DNA from: Trueperaceae bacterium
GTDB taxonomy: Bacteria > Deinococcota > Deinococci > Deinococcales > Trueperaceae
DNA: 64,000 nt
NCBI GenBank assembly: GCA_965213925.1
Contig: OZ243927.1
Coordinates: 928,001 to 992,000, forward strand
Direction of reading: 5' to 3'
Positions 1 through 9,372 of this stretch are shown here, in pieces. How positions within the stretch are numbered: the stretch's first letter is position 1; each line of letters starts with the position of its first letter. Under the pieces are notes generated by a model that was given only the letters and a program-made list of their open reading frames with translations, searched no databases and was not told the DNA's origin. The translations under genes were made by a program, and so were the position numbers.

Positions 1-1814
1 GCCGCCACCGCCTCTGGCCCTACCTCCGGCCCCGCGTTCGTCTGCCGCAAGGTCAACTCGGGGATGAAGAGCGTCACAAGCCAAGCGATCGCCACGATGA
101 AGATGCTGTAGAAGTAAATCCGGGTAATCGCGGTGGTAAAGGCTTGCTTCGTCGCCCTCGTAACTTGAGCGCTCACTTGCGCCGCTTGCTCATCGAAGGT
201 CGTTCTGAGCTGCGCTAAAAAGCCCTCTGTCGCTTGCGGATTGCCCATCACCTGACTTGCGCCTTGTTGAATGCCCGCTTGCGCTTCGGGCGGAAGCGGA
301 CTGTTCGCCAAAACCTCTCCCAAGGCTTGACTGTTCCCTTGCTGCACCGCCTGAGTAATCGCCTGATACTGCTGGTCGAACGAAGTCTGAATCGTCTCGG
401 CGGTGTTCGCGCCGCCCGTCGAGCCTAATCGCTCTGCTGAACTCGAGACGCTCCCCGGTCCTGCGTTACCCGGCAGGTCAAGATTTGCAAAGGACGCCGC
501 CAACGTCGTCGCTAAGACCGTCCCCATAATCGCCGCGCCTACCGTCCCGCCAATCTGCCTAAAAAACTGGCTGGACGAGGTTGCTTGACCGATCCTGCGC
601 ACGTCCACCGCGTTTTGAATCGCTAAGGTGTAAAGCGGTAGCGAGGGACCCAAACCGAGCCCGCACACAATCATGTAGAGCGTGACTTGCCAGTAGGGGA
701 TGTCGGGGGACATGCTCGAGAGCAAGTACGTCCCGAGGATCAGCACCGCCCCGCCAAGAAGCATCAAGCGGCGGTAGTGACCGAACTTCGAGACGAGTTG
801 CCCCGAGACGATCGCCCCGAAGACCAGCCCGAGCGAGAGCGGAATGAGGCTCACCCCGGCGCTCGTCGCGGAGACACCGACAACGTTCACCATAAAGAGC
901 GGCAAGAAGATGAGGATGCTTAAAAAGCCCGCGCCGAAGAAGAAGAGCGCCAAGTTCGCGGTGCTAAAGACTTTATTCTTGAAGAGCGAGAGGTCTAAAA
1001 TCGGATTTTTCTCGCGCAGTGAGCGGAACACGAACAAGGTGAGGGAGATAGCGGCGACGGCGAAGAGCGACAACGTCACCCCACCGCTCCAGGGATAAAG
1101 CGTTTTATCCAATTGCAGCGCCAAAATAAAGGGCACGAGTCCGGCGATGAGCAAGAAGGCGGAGAGGTAGCTTAAAGGTTGCTTTTCGCCAGCGGGCTCG
1201 AGCTTAGGCATCTTGGTGATAATGAACCAGAGCGCCAGTGCCCCAAACGGCACGTTCACATAAAAAACCCAGCGCCACCCGGCGATACCAGGGATGATCG
1301 AGCCGCCGTAGTCCGTTAAAAAGCCGCCGATGAGTGGTCCCAACACGCTCGCAATCCCAAAAGTCGCCCCGACGAAGCCCTGATACTTGCCGCGCACCGA
1401 AGGCGGGTAAAGGTCAGCGATGATGATAAACGCCATGCCCAAGAGCCCCGCGCCGCCCAAGCCCTGAATCGCCCGAAAGATGATGAGCTGATTCATGCCG
1501 TCGCCGAGGAGTGGTAGCGGCCCGAACTCGCCCGCTAAGCCGCACAAGAATGAGCCCGTCAAAAAGATTCCGATAGCCCAGAGTTCGATCCGTTTGCGCG
1601 AGACCATATCCGAGAGCTTGCCGTAAATTGGCACGAGCACCGTCGAGGCGAGCAGGTAAGAGGTCGCCACCCAAGCGTAGCGGCTCACGCCCTGCAAGTC
1701 TTCGACGATTTTGGGGAGCGCTGTCGAGACGATGGTTTGGTCTAATGCGCCTAAAAAGAGCGCCAACAAAATACCGATGAGGGTAAAATTTTTGTCTCTC
1801 GCTGATAAGTTCAT
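1..1814 (-). CDS. MFS drug:H+ antiporter (DHA2/MDR type), runs off the left edge
   Basis: Manual translation from ATG 1814: MNLSARDKNFTLIGILLALFLGALDQTIVSTALPKI..., a typical DHA2 N-terminus. The ATG overlaps the marR stop (ATGA). Not in the ORF track because no stop lies inside the window. Confidence 0.9.
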   Translation of the reverse strand, partial: MNLSARDKNFTLIGILLALFLGALDQTIVSTALPKIVEDLQGVSRYAWVATSYLLASTVLVPIYGKLSDMVSRKRIELWAIGIFLTGSFLCGLAGEFGPLPLLGDGMNQLIIFRAIQGLGGAGLLGMAFIIIADLYPPSVRGKYQGFVGATFGIASVLGPLIGGFLTDYGGSIIPGIAGWRWVFYVNVPFGALALWFIITKMPKLEPAGEKQPLSYLSAFLLIAGLVPFILALQLDKTLYPWSGGVTLSLFAVAAISLTLFVFRSLREKNPILDLSLFKNKVFSTANLALFFFGAGFLSILIFLPLFMVNVVGVSATSAGVSLIPLSLGLVFGAIVSGQLVSKFGHYRRLMLLGGAVLILGTYLLSSMSPDIPYWQVTLYMIVCGLGLGPSLPLYTLAIQNAVDVRRIGQATSSSQFFRQIGGTVGAAIMGTVLATTLAASFANLDLPGNAGPGSVSSSAERLGSTGGANTAETIQTSFDQQYQAITQAVQQGNSQALGEVLANSPLPPEAQAGIQQGASQVMGNPQATEGFLAQLRTTFDEQAAQVSAQVTRATKQAFTTAITRIYFYSIFIVAIAWLVTLFIPELTLRQTNAGPEVGPEAVA

Positions 1815-2248
1815 GTGGTCTCCTGTGTGCGTTTTTGCGCGATAGTTTCTAAAGAGCGAATCATGATGGCGGCGTCCGTTTGGGAGAGTGTGGCGAGAAG
1901 ACGCCCTACCTCTTCGTCCAATGTTTTTTGAGCTTGGCTCGAGACCTCTTGACCCTTAGCGGTCAAACTCAGCACCCGCCGCCGCGCGTCGCTCGGGTCG
2001 AGGCTGCGCCGAATAAGCCCGCCCTTCTCCAGAGCGCCTATCTTGCGCGAGATGTTGTGAGCCGGAATCTGCATCGCCTCGGCGATCTCTGACGGGCTCA
2101 TATCCGTGTTGCCGATTTGCTCCAAAAGCATCACTTCCAAGAAGTCAACGCCATGTTCTTCACGCACACGTGGGTTGACCTGACTGATAATCTGTTGACG
2201 TAACTGCCAAAAGCTGTGGATAAACCGCCGACTGTCGATAAGGGTCAT
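1811..2248 (-). CDS. MarR family transcriptional regulator
   Basis: wHTH segment ISRKIGALEKGGLIRRSLDPSDARRRVLSLT. Start moved to ATG 2248, which follows a GGAG-rich RBS. Confidence 0.9.
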   Translation of the reverse strand: MTLIDSRRFIHSFWQLRQQIISQVNPRVREEHGVDFLEVMLLEQIGNTDMSPSEIAEAMQIPAHNISRKIGALEKGGLIRRSLDPSDARRRVLSLTAKGQEVSSQAQKTLDEEVGRLLATLSQTDAAIMIRSLETIAQKRTQETT

Positions 2249-2269
2249 CTCCGCTCCATCACCTCCTAT

Positions 2270-2378
2270 AGCAGGTATCATCTGGTTTGAGACACGCTCA
2301 CTTTTGAGAACATTGCGCAGCACGCACGTTCTGGGATGATACCTGCGCCCATCCGTCTCAGTATGTTTTGGAACTGCT
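2270..2378. repeat. Small MITE-like repeat, family A, copy 1
   Basis: Shares left end AGCAGGTATCATCTGGTTTGAG and right end GTCTCAGTATGnnTTGGAACTGCT with 30341-30559. Internal 12-bp IR at 2271-2282/2335-2346. Confidence 0.7.
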
Positions 2379-2391
2379 GCTTTATGCATTG

Positions 2392-2426
2392 CTGCTAGAC
2401 GCAATACTTGCACAACGCAAATACTA
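2392..2426 (-). promoter_or_regulatory. Putative MarR operator(s) next to the -10 box
   Basis: TTGC-N5-GCAA palindrome at 2408-2420 with a degenerate tandem copy at 2392-2404; TAGTAT -10-like hexamer adjacent on the minus strand. Confidence 0.4.
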
Positions 2427-2504
2427 CACCTTGCAAATTTAAGGTGTGTAGGGCGGCTGACAAAGTTAAAGCGTAGTGCTTGGAGTTTGTTGAATGGCAG
2501 TTAT

Positions 2505-2559
2505 CAGTAGTCAGAATTCAGTAGCTTCCCACACGCTGACTACTGAATTCTGACTACTG
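2505..2559. repeat. Heptamer-built 20-bp perfect inverted repeat (possible terminator of rraA)
   Basis: CAGTAGTCAGAATTCAGTAG (2505-2524) / CTACTGAATTCTGACTACTG (2540-2559). Confidence 0.75.
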
Positions 2560-2608
2560 CTTTATCCTTGTTTTACTCGAGACCTCTTCAAATCTTAAAA
2601 ACCAGCCG

Positions 2609-3082
2609 CTACACCAACGCCTTCTCACTTAAAATAATACCGTCCTCGTCCGCATAGACGAAGAACCCAGGCTGCCACAGCACGCCGCCAAAATTGATAA
2701 TCGGATTGCGCATCCCCTCGCCTTTTTTGTTGCTCTTTTTAGGATGCGGCGCGAGCGCAAGCACACCCACGTCCAACTCGGCAAGCTCCGCGCTGTCGCG
2801 CACACAACCATTGATGATGACGCCGGGGAGACCGCGAGAGACCGCAATCCCCCCTAAACGGTCCCCCATGAGCGCACAGTTCAGCGAGCCGCCCCCGTCT
2901 ACGACGATGACGGTTCCTTCAGCGACAGAGTTTAACGCCTCCTCGTATAAGACGTTATCCTCGAACAAGCTCACCGTGTGAATCGGACCGTGAAATTTGG
3001 TGCGCCCGCCGAAGTTGCGGAAGATGGGGGCGCAGTATTGAAGGTTGCTGTTGTCGTCGCTGAGGTCTGTGGTGTGGAACAT
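2609..3082 (-). CDS. rraA: RraA family protein (RNase E regulator / HMG aldolase-like)
   Basis: FRNFGGRTKFHGPI, EDNVL, VIVVDGGGS, ALMGD and GCVRD motifs. Confidence 0.9.
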   Translation of the reverse strand: MFHTTDLSDDNSNLQYCAPIFRNFGGRTKFHGPIHTVSLFEDNVLYEEALNSVAEGTVIVVDGGGSLNCALMGDRLGGIAVSRGLPGVIINGCVRDSAELAELDVGVLALAPHPKKSNKKGEGMRNPIINFGGVLWQPGFFVYADEDGIILSEKALV

Positions 3083-3133
3083 GCTTAGACTTTACCCCTT
3101 AAAGAGGGGACGTGGATACTTCTCGAGAGGTGA

Positions 3134-3197
3134 CGAGCAACGAGCAATGAGTCTAAAGATTTTCACTCATTGCTCGGAACTCATTGCTTCCTTTCGT
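3134..3197. repeat. GAGCAAT-heptamer stem-loop repeat, copy 1
   Basis: CGAGCAATGAGT/ACTCATTGCTCG stem; closely related to 5822-5930. Confidence 0.7.
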
Positions 3198-3290
3198 GCT
3201 AGAGTGCTCAGCAGAAAGCAGGTGTTTTGATGATTGAGTGCCTTCACAACCAGCAGCCTTTGACGTTTCACTCAATTAGAGGAGCACACC

Positions 3291-4217
3291 TTGCTTATTC
3301 GCAATATTGCAGAACAGGACTACCCCCAAGTAGCAAAGATTCATAACGCCCAAAACGAACCTCATTTTCAGACCACGCCCGAGCAGATGCAGCGCTCAGA
3401 TGAGGCGTTTCGGCGCAGTGACCCGCATTGTCGGCGCTACGTTGCCGAAAAGGACGGTGAGGTCATCGCAACAGGGTATCTCACGCCGACTTGGGCGGGG
3501 TCAACCGTTTCAGGGCGCGCGTGGACGGGTGTTACGACTCGAGCCGACCACCGCCACACAGGTGTAGATACGCGGGTGCTCGAGTACGCCCTAACCCATT
3601 CCGACTTATCCGCTAAAGAGGTCTGGAGCTGTGTCCGTGAGGACTTCGTGCCGATGTCGGGTTATCTGGAAGGGTTCATAGAACAGTTCCGCAGCTACGG
3701 CGGCGAGCTTGACCTCTCGCAGTTTGACGCTGCCGAGTTTTCACCTCTTACGAAGAGGTTGGAGGCAGAAGGCGTCACCATCAAACCTTACCCCGACCTC
3801 TCCGATGACGCTGAAAGAGACGAAAAACTCTTAGCTCTCCACGCTGAAACAGAAGCCGACGCCCCCTATCACGAGCCGATTATTCCCAAACATCATCCTG
3901 ACATTCATAGTCCTGAGATGAATCAGAGCAGCGTTTTTGTCGCTGTGCACGACAAGCAGTATGTTGGATACACGGGGCTCGAGGTGGACGGCAGAACAAC
4001 GACAGCCATCGCTTTTCTAGGCGTTTCACGCGCTTACCGCTACCGAGGGATTGGAACGGCGTTAGGGACCCTAGTCGCTGAGTTCGCTAAATCCAGCGGC
4101 TACACCGAACTCAACGCGGGCGGCGGCGCAAAGGAAAACGCCTCTATGCAGCGCGTCTTACGCAAGCTCAGTTTTGAGATTGAGCCTGAATGGGTGACGT
4201 TCTCGAGAAAGCTCTAG
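3291..4217 (+). CDS. Tandem GNAT acetyltransferase
   Basis: Two acetyl-CoA-binding motifs: TRADHRHTGV and VSRAYRYRGIGTAL. Confidence 0.8.
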   Translation: MLIRNIAEQDYPQVAKIHNAQNEPHFQTTPEQMQRSDEAFRRSDPHCRRYVAEKDGEVIATGYLTPTWAGSTVSGRAWTGVTTRADHRHTGVDTRVLEYALTHSDLSAKEVWSCVREDFVPMSGYLEGFIEQFRSYGGELDLSQFDAAEFSPLTKRLEAEGVTIKPYPDLSDDAERDEKLLALHAETEADAPYHEPIIPKHHPDIHSPEMNQSSVFVAVHDKQYVGYTGLEVDGRTTTAIAFLGVSRAYRYRGIGTALGTLVAEFAKSSGYTELNAGGGAKENASMQRVLRKLSFEIEPEWVTFSRKL

Positions 4218-4293
4218 CTATCAACCTTCTGAAAGTTAAGCGGCACTAATCCGCAAGCTGAAAGAGAAAAGGACTGTTACGAAGTTTTTGCAT

Positions 4294-4345
4294 GGTGAAA
4301 GGACTGAGATGCAAGGCTTTTCTCTCAGTCCTCAGTCCTTTCACC
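4294..4345. terminator. Probable bidirectional terminator between convergent GNAT and lpdA
   Basis: GGTGAAAGGACTGAG / CTCAGTCCTTTCACC 15-bp IR with CTCAGTC heptamer reiteration. Confidence 0.65.
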
Positions 4346-4350
4346 TGCTT

Positions 4351-5736
4351 TTACTTTTTCTTCTTATTCGCGATATGAATCGCCTCACCGTGCGCCGCCT
4401 CCGCCGCCTCCATGAAGCTCTCGGCGATGGTGGGGTGCGCGTGCTGCGTCAGCGAGATGTCGCCTAGCGTCGCGCCCATCTCGATGGCTAAGGCTGCTTC
4501 AGAGACCATGTCTCCCGCGCTCGGTCCGACCATGTGAAAGCCTAAAAGCTGGTCCGACTCTTCGTCGGCGATGACCTTAACGATGCCCTCGGTGACGCCT
4601 AACGTCATGGCGCGCCCGGAGGCTTGCATCGGGAAGCTGCCCACGATGACGTTGTGACCGGCGTCTTTCGCCTCCTGCTCGCTCATGCCGACGGACGCGA
4701 GTTCGGGGCTCGTGTAGACGACGCTCGGCACGATGGTGTCGTACGCGCTCGGTTTGCCGGAGGCGTGCTCGGCGGCGACCAAGCCCTCTTTCATCGCTTT
4801 ATGCGCCAAAAGGGGCGGACGCGCCACGTCGCCGATGGCGTAGATGTGCGGAACGTTGGTCTGCATGTGGTTGTTCGTGGGGATAAAGCCCTGCTCGACT
4901 TTGACGCCGATGTCCTCGAGCCCTAAGTTTTCCCCCCTCGGCTTGCGCCCAACCGCGACGAGAATCTTGTCCACGGTGATGGTCTCTTCGCCGTCTTCGG
5001 TCTCGAGCGTGACCTCCAGCCCTTCGTCCGTCTCCTTCTGGCTCGTCGCCTTCGCGCCCGTCTTAATGTTGATACCGCGCTTCTCGAACGACTTGCGCAG
5101 CTCCTTTGCCGCGTCGGGGTCGGAGGTGGGGACGATCTGGTCCATGAGTTCGACGACGGTGACTTCGGAGCCTAGCGCGTTGTAGATGTCCGAAAACTCC
5201 AAGCCGATGGCGCTGCCGCCGATGGCTAGAAAGCGCTCCGGCACTTCGGAGACCAGAAGCGCACCCGTCGAATTGACGATCGTCTCGCCGTTCGTCTCAA
5301 AGCCGGGAATCTCGATAGGCTCCGAGCCCGTCGCTACGATAATCTTCTCCGCCGTGACAGTCTTATCGCCTACCTCGACCGTATTCTCGTCCTTGAACTT
5401 CGCTGTGCCCTCAATCAGTTCGACTTTGTTGCCCTTAAACAAGCTGCGCACGCCGCCCGTGAGCTTCTTAACGACGCTGCCTTTCCACTTATCCAGGGCT
5501 TTAAGGTCAATCTCCGGCTCGCCAAACTTAATGCCAAACTCCTCCGCGTGCTTCGCCTCGCGCAAGTCGTCGGCAACGTGCAGGAGCGCTTTGGTTGGAA
5601 TGCAGCCGACATTTAAGCACACGCCCCCCACATACTCCTGCTCCACGCACGCCACTTTCATCCCGAGCTGCGCCGCGCGAATCGCCGCGTGGTAGCCGCC
5701 CGGTCCCGAGCCGATAATCAGTAGTTCGTAGTCCAT
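4351..5736 (-). CDS. lpdA: Dihydrolipoyl dehydrogenase
   Basis: GSGPGG, GGVCLNVGCIPTK redox disulfide, HAHPTIAE. Start set at MDYEL (5736). Confidence 0.95.
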   Translation of the reverse strand: MDYELLIIGSGPGGYHAAIRAAQLGMKVACVEQEYVGGVCLNVGCIPTKALLHVADDLREAKHAEEFGIKFGEPEIDLKALDKWKGSVVKKLTGGVRSLFKGNKVELIEGTAKFKDENTVEVGDKTVTAEKIIVATGSEPIEIPGFETNGETIVNSTGALLVSEVPERFLAIGGSAIGLEFSDIYNALGSEVTVVELMDQIVPTSDPDAAKELRKSFEKRGINIKTGAKATSQKETDEGLEVTLETEDGEETITVDKILVAVGRKPRGENLGLEDIGVKVEQGFIPTNNHMQTNVPHIYAIGDVARPPLLAHKAMKEGLVAAEHASGKPSAYDTIVPSVVYTSPELASVGMSEQEAKDAGHNVIVGSFPMQASGRAMTLGVTEGIVKVIADEESDQLLGFHMVGPSAGDMVSEAALAIEMGATLGDISLTQHAHPTIAESFMEAAEAAHGEAIHIANKKKK

Positions 5737-5821
5737 ATTGGTCCTCTCTGAGACTAGGTTCGTGGTTCTTTTAACCTCTTTAGTGTACCTTGCAAGTAGC
5801 GTTGAGACTTCATCTGTGTTT

Positions 5822-5930
5822 ACGAAAGGAAGCAGTGAGGAGAAAAGAAGCCATGGGTACCGAGCAATGAGCAATGAGTCTAAAATCCTTGAATTTCACT
5901 CATTGCTCGTTGCTTTCAACTCATTGCTTC
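5822..5930. repeat. GAGCAAT-heptamer stem-loop repeat, copy 2
   Basis: GAGCAATGAGTCTAAA...TTTCACTCATTGCTCG...AACTCATTGCTTC shared with 3134-3197. Confidence 0.7.
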
Positions 5931-5979
5931 TGTCCGCTACCCCCTAGTCCCTCACGCCAAAACGCGCCACACTAGCGCT

Positions 5980-6549
5980 ATGTTCTCCCTCCGCCAACCC
6001 TCCGAACACGAGATGCGCACCTTTTTAGCTCAGCAGAGCGCCGAACCCTTCTCCTATGATGACATCGGCATGTCGCAAGAGGACAGCGTACCTGATAAAT
6101 ACGCCGTTGACCGCTACCGCGTCAAACTCGGTGAGGGGAAAGAGGTGTTTGAGCGTGCGGTAGAAGCGGTGCGCACCTGGAAGTCTTATCCGAGCGCCTG
6201 GATGACGCTCTACCCGCCGAACGTGCCGATTAAAGAGGGAGTGTCCGTGGGGATTCTCGCACATTTGCCTTTCGTGTGGGTCAAAAGCGCGGTGAGAGTC
6301 GTTTACGTCGTTGACGATAAGCGGCGCTACTGTTTCGCGCTTGGTACGCTGTCCAAGCACGTCGAGAGCGGCGAGGAGCGTTTTTTGGTGGAGTGGCTCT
6401 CAGACGACTCGGTCTGGTACGAGGTCTTCGCGGTTTCTAAGCCGAAGCACCCGCTCGCGAGGCTGGGTCACCCGTTTGCGCGGCTCGTCCAAAAGAAGTT
6501 TGGGCGCGACTCGAAGGAAGAGGTCAGGGCGTTCGTCCAGTCTTCATGA
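5980..6549 (+). CDS. DUF1990 family protein
   Basis: LGEGKEVFERA, GTLSKHVESGEERF and VWYEVFAVSKP patterns. Confidence 0.8.
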   Translation: MFSLRQPSEHEMRTFLAQQSAEPFSYDDIGMSQEDSVPDKYAVDRYRVKLGEGKEVFERAVEAVRTWKSYPSAWMTLYPPNVPIKEGVSVGILAHLPFVWVKSAVRVVYVVDDKRRYCFALGTLSKHVESGEERFLVEWLSDDSVWYEVFAVSKPKHPLARLGHPFARLVQKKFGRDSKEEVRAFVQSS

Positions 6550-6574
6550 CCCAAGTTTGTCGTAAACTGAAGAG

Positions 6575-6793
6575 GTGGTTGACAAACGAGGCAAGCTAGA
6601 AGGGGAGCCTTTCTCCTATCAGGCGGGTAAAGACACCCTCTTTATCTTTTGGGAGGGTAGGCGCGTGAAAATCTTCAAAGGGAAAGAGGCGAAGAGGGTG
6701 GCGGGAAGGCTCGAGCAATCCACCCCTCAAAACGCTCAGCTCATCATGGCGAAACTCACCGGCAATTTCAAACGCGGCAACGAGCGCAGCTAA
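6575..6793 (+). CDS. Small hypothetical protein
   Basis: 72 aa ending AKLTGNFKRGNER; TAAACT -10 box 6 nt before the GTG. Confidence 0.65.
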   Translation: MVDKRGKLEGEPFSYQAGKDTLFIFWEGRRVKIFKGKEAKRVAGRLEQSTPQNAQLIMAKLTGNFKRGNERS

Positions 6794-6804
6794 GAGGTTC
6801 TTGG

Positions 6805-7269
6805 ATGACGCGCATCATCACCTTCAAAAATAGCCTCCTGATTGACCGTCCCTGCGAAGAGGTCTTCACCTTCATCACGGACTTTCGCAACATGCCCAAG
6901 TGGAACTACCATGTGCTCACTGTCAATAAACTCTCGGGGCGCGTGAGCAAGACCGGCACGGTTTACCGCCAAGTGCGTAAAACGGATACGCAAGACTACG
7001 AGGTTGTCGAATACAGCCCGAACCGCGCTGTTACCGTCGAAACGTTGCCACCTGCGCGGATGCTCAAGATGCGCTTCACGTTTGTAGAAACGAACGGCAG
7101 CACGAAACTTACCGACGAGTGGACGCTTGGCGGCGCGTCGCTAGGGCTTTTCAAAGGGTTTGCCGAGCGCAAGGTTAAAGGGGCGGTGGCGGAGAATTTG
7201 CTGAAGCTCAAGGTGCTGTTGGAGACGGGGTATGTGCGGTTGCAAGATGGGCGAGAGGTTTATTTGTGA
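6805..7269 (+). CDS. SRPBCC/polyketide cyclase-like protein
   Basis: IDRPCEEVFTFITDFRNMPKWN N-terminal pattern. Confidence 0.75.
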   Translation: MTRIITFKNSLLIDRPCEEVFTFITDFRNMPKWNYHVLTVNKLSGRVSKTGTVYRQVRKTDTQDYEVVEYSPNRAVTVETLPPARMLKMRFTFVETNGSTKLTDEWTLGGASLGLFKGFAERKVKGAVAENLLKLKVLLETGYVRLQDGREVYL

Positions 7270-7278
7270 GGTCTGAAC

Positions 7279-7662
7279 TTATGCGCCTGATTGAATCGCA
7301 AATCTCTCACGTGCCTCTTTGACCTCATCCATATGGGTTTCTGCCCAAGCGCAAAGCGCGTGAAGGGGTTCGTAAAGGGTCTCGCCAAGAGGCGTTAGAC
7401 TATATTCGACGTTAAGAGGTTTCGTTGAATGCACTACGCGCTCAACCACGCCGTTACGCTCCAACTCTTTCAGCGTGCGGGTCAACATGCGCTGTGACAA
7501 GCCTTCGATCATCGCGTCAAGTTCACTGTAGCGTTTAGGACCATCGCCGAGCGCACAGAGGATAATCGAGACCCAGCGGTTAGCGATGACTTTGAGGGTT
7601 TGTCTAGCTTCGCTGTTTGCGTTGAGCACTAGTTTCTCTGCCGGGTTGGTATCTAGTGCCAT
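7279..7662 (-). CDS. HxlR family wHTH regulator, separated from its promoter by the IS insertion
   Basis: RWVSIILCAL...KRYSEL...LSQRMLTRTLKELE...VEYSLTPLG. True ATG at 7662 abuts the IS end. Confidence 0.85.
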   Translation of the reverse strand: MALDTNPAEKLVLNANSEARQTLKVIANRWVSIILCALGDGPKRYSELDAMIEGLSQRMLTRTLKELERNGVVERVVHSTKPLNVEYSLTPLGETLYEPLHALCAWAETHMDEVKEARERFAIQSGA

Positions 7663-7684
7663 AGAGGATACTGTTGGCGAACCC

Positions 7685-9316
7685 CTAAGCCTGCAGCCTA
7701 GCAAAGCGAGACACCCGCGTCTGCTCAGGCTTGATGTCTTCGAACCAGTCCGCTAGCCTCTGAAAATTGATCGCCGCGGCAGTGGCGACGTTTTGCAGGT
7801 GGTTTTTCCTTAGGCTAATGTAGCGGCTCTTCCTTAACCCTGTCGCTCTCACCCCTTGCGAGAAGGTGCCCTCGATCCCGGCTCGGCGGTCGTAGCGCCG
7901 TTTCCATTCGCGCGTCCCCTTCTCCTCGCGGTACTTCGTGAGCACCTCGTGCTGCGCCTCTGGCCTGAAACGCAGCTTACGCGAGTTCGTCGGTGACTCG
8001 TTTATACAGCTGCGGCTAGCGCTACAGGCTCGGCAGTCGCCCCGCGCGAACTTCGTGGTGATCACCTCCTGGCCCTTGAGTTCGAAGACGCTCCACTTGC
8101 CGCTCCTTTTCCCCATTGGGCAGATGGCAACACGTTTCTCCCAATCCAGAGTGAAGTCTTTAAGGGCGAAACCCGACTTGGCTTGGGCATGGGTGTTGGG
8201 TTTCAGGGGACCGATGAGTTCCAAACCTAGCTCCTTCTTACAAGCCACGACCAGGTCCGAGTTGAGGTAGCCGCCGTCAACGAAATGTTCACGTGGTAAC
8301 AGCGCCCGCTCCTCTAACGCTTCGTGGATAGATTCCAGCTGGCCTATATCAGAAAGGGCAGGCTCGGTCGTCTCAACGTGAGTGATGAGGTGCGGCGAGC
8401 CGTCGTCGCAGGTCTCGGTGTAGTGGACCTTGTAGCCGATCCAGTCGAGGGCACCCTTCTTGCCGTAGTGCGCCTTGGGGTCGTAGGGAGAGTCGAGCCG
8501 CTCAGCCGCGGGCTGCAAGTTGCCCTTCTCGCGCCACTTAACCTCGCCGCCGATGACCTCGTACTGCCCTACCCAGCAGCGGCGCAGCAGCTCGACCTCC
8601 GGCAGCTTAATAAGGGAACCCAAGCCGGAGTCGTAAACCGAGCGCAGCAACCGGAAGCCGTCGCGCCCGATCTGCTCGGCGAGCTCTCGCTCCTTCTCTA
8701 CGCCCCTAGGCACCCGTTCCTTCTCAAAGCGTTTCGCGTAACGCTTGTACCAATCCTCTTCGACCTGCGTCCTCAACCATTTAGGGGCAACCACCGCGAG
8801 CCGGTTTAAGGTCGTGCGTAAGGTCTCACCAGCGACCTCGAGGCGGTTGAGCCTGCGCACGCCCGCTAAAATGTGGGTGGAGTCGGTTCTAGCTTTGCCG
8901 CAGGATTTGAGCAACTTAGCCGACCTGCACGTCTCAATCAGCTTATCGAGCAGCAGATGCTCGGCGTCTCCTTCCAGCAGGCGGCTGCGGAAGCGCGACA
9001 AAATGGAATAGTGGAAGCCGGGATCATCCAACTCCAACCCTAGAAGGTATTTCAGATCAATACGCCCCCTCACCGCGTCGGCAGCTTGCCTGTCCGAGAG
9101 CCCCTCGGCGAACTGCACGACCGTGACCAGAGCTAAGCGCCAGGGCGCTTCGGCGGGTTGTCCTACTGCCGGAAAGAGGTGGGCGAAGGTCTCGTCTGTG
9201 AAGAGCGTGCAGAGGTTATCGCGCAGAGTGAGGTAGCGGTTGCCTTTGGGGAAGGCAGCTTGGGCTATGCGAACAGTTGCGGCAGGGATTGGCAAGTCCG
9301 TCTGGGGTCTAAGCAT
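7685..9316 (-). CDS. IS1182 family DDE transposase
   Basis: QFAEGLSDRQAADAVRGRIDLKY, ARTDSTH, WIGYKVHYTETC, VDGGY, CPMG..C..C..C and YDRRAGIEGTFSQ. Confidence 0.92.
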   Translation of the reverse strand: MLRPQTDLPIPAATVRIAQAAFPKGNRYLTLRDNLCTLFTDETFAHLFPAVGQPAEAPWRLALVTVVQFAEGLSDRQAADAVRGRIDLKYLLGLELDDPGFHYSILSRFRSRLLEGDAEHLLLDKLIETCRSAKLLKSCGKARTDSTHILAGVRRLNRLEVAGETLRTTLNRLAVVAPKWLRTQVEEDWYKRYAKRFEKERVPRGVEKERELAEQIGRDGFRLLRSVYDSGLGSLIKLPEVELLRRCWVGQYEVIGGEVKWREKGNLQPAAERLDSPYDPKAHYGKKGALDWIGYKVHYTETCDDGSPHLITHVETTEPALSDIGQLESIHEALEERALLPREHFVDGGYLNSDLVVACKKELGLELIGPLKPNTHAQAKSGFALKDFTLDWEKRVAICPMGKRSGKWSVFELKGQEVITTKFARGDCRACSASRSCINESPTNSRKLRFRPEAQHEVLTKYREEKGTREWKRRYDRRAGIEGTFSQGVRATGLRKSRYISLRKNHLQNVATAAAINFQRLADWFEDIKPEQTRVSRFARLQA

Positions 9317-9372
9317 TTGTCAGTATGACAGCATCGCCGTACGGATACTACTTTATCGAACCCCGAGATGTT

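Noticed and set aside
2249..2413. N-terminal extension of MarR in the ORF track
   Set aside because: It runs through a repeat element and the putative operator; the RBS supports ATG 2248.
5737..5874. N-terminal extension of LpdA
   Set aside because: It overlaps a heptamer repeat; homology begins at MDYELL.
7663..7704. HxlR N-terminal extension overlapping the transposase
   Set aside because: It is IS-end sequence; the native start is 7662.
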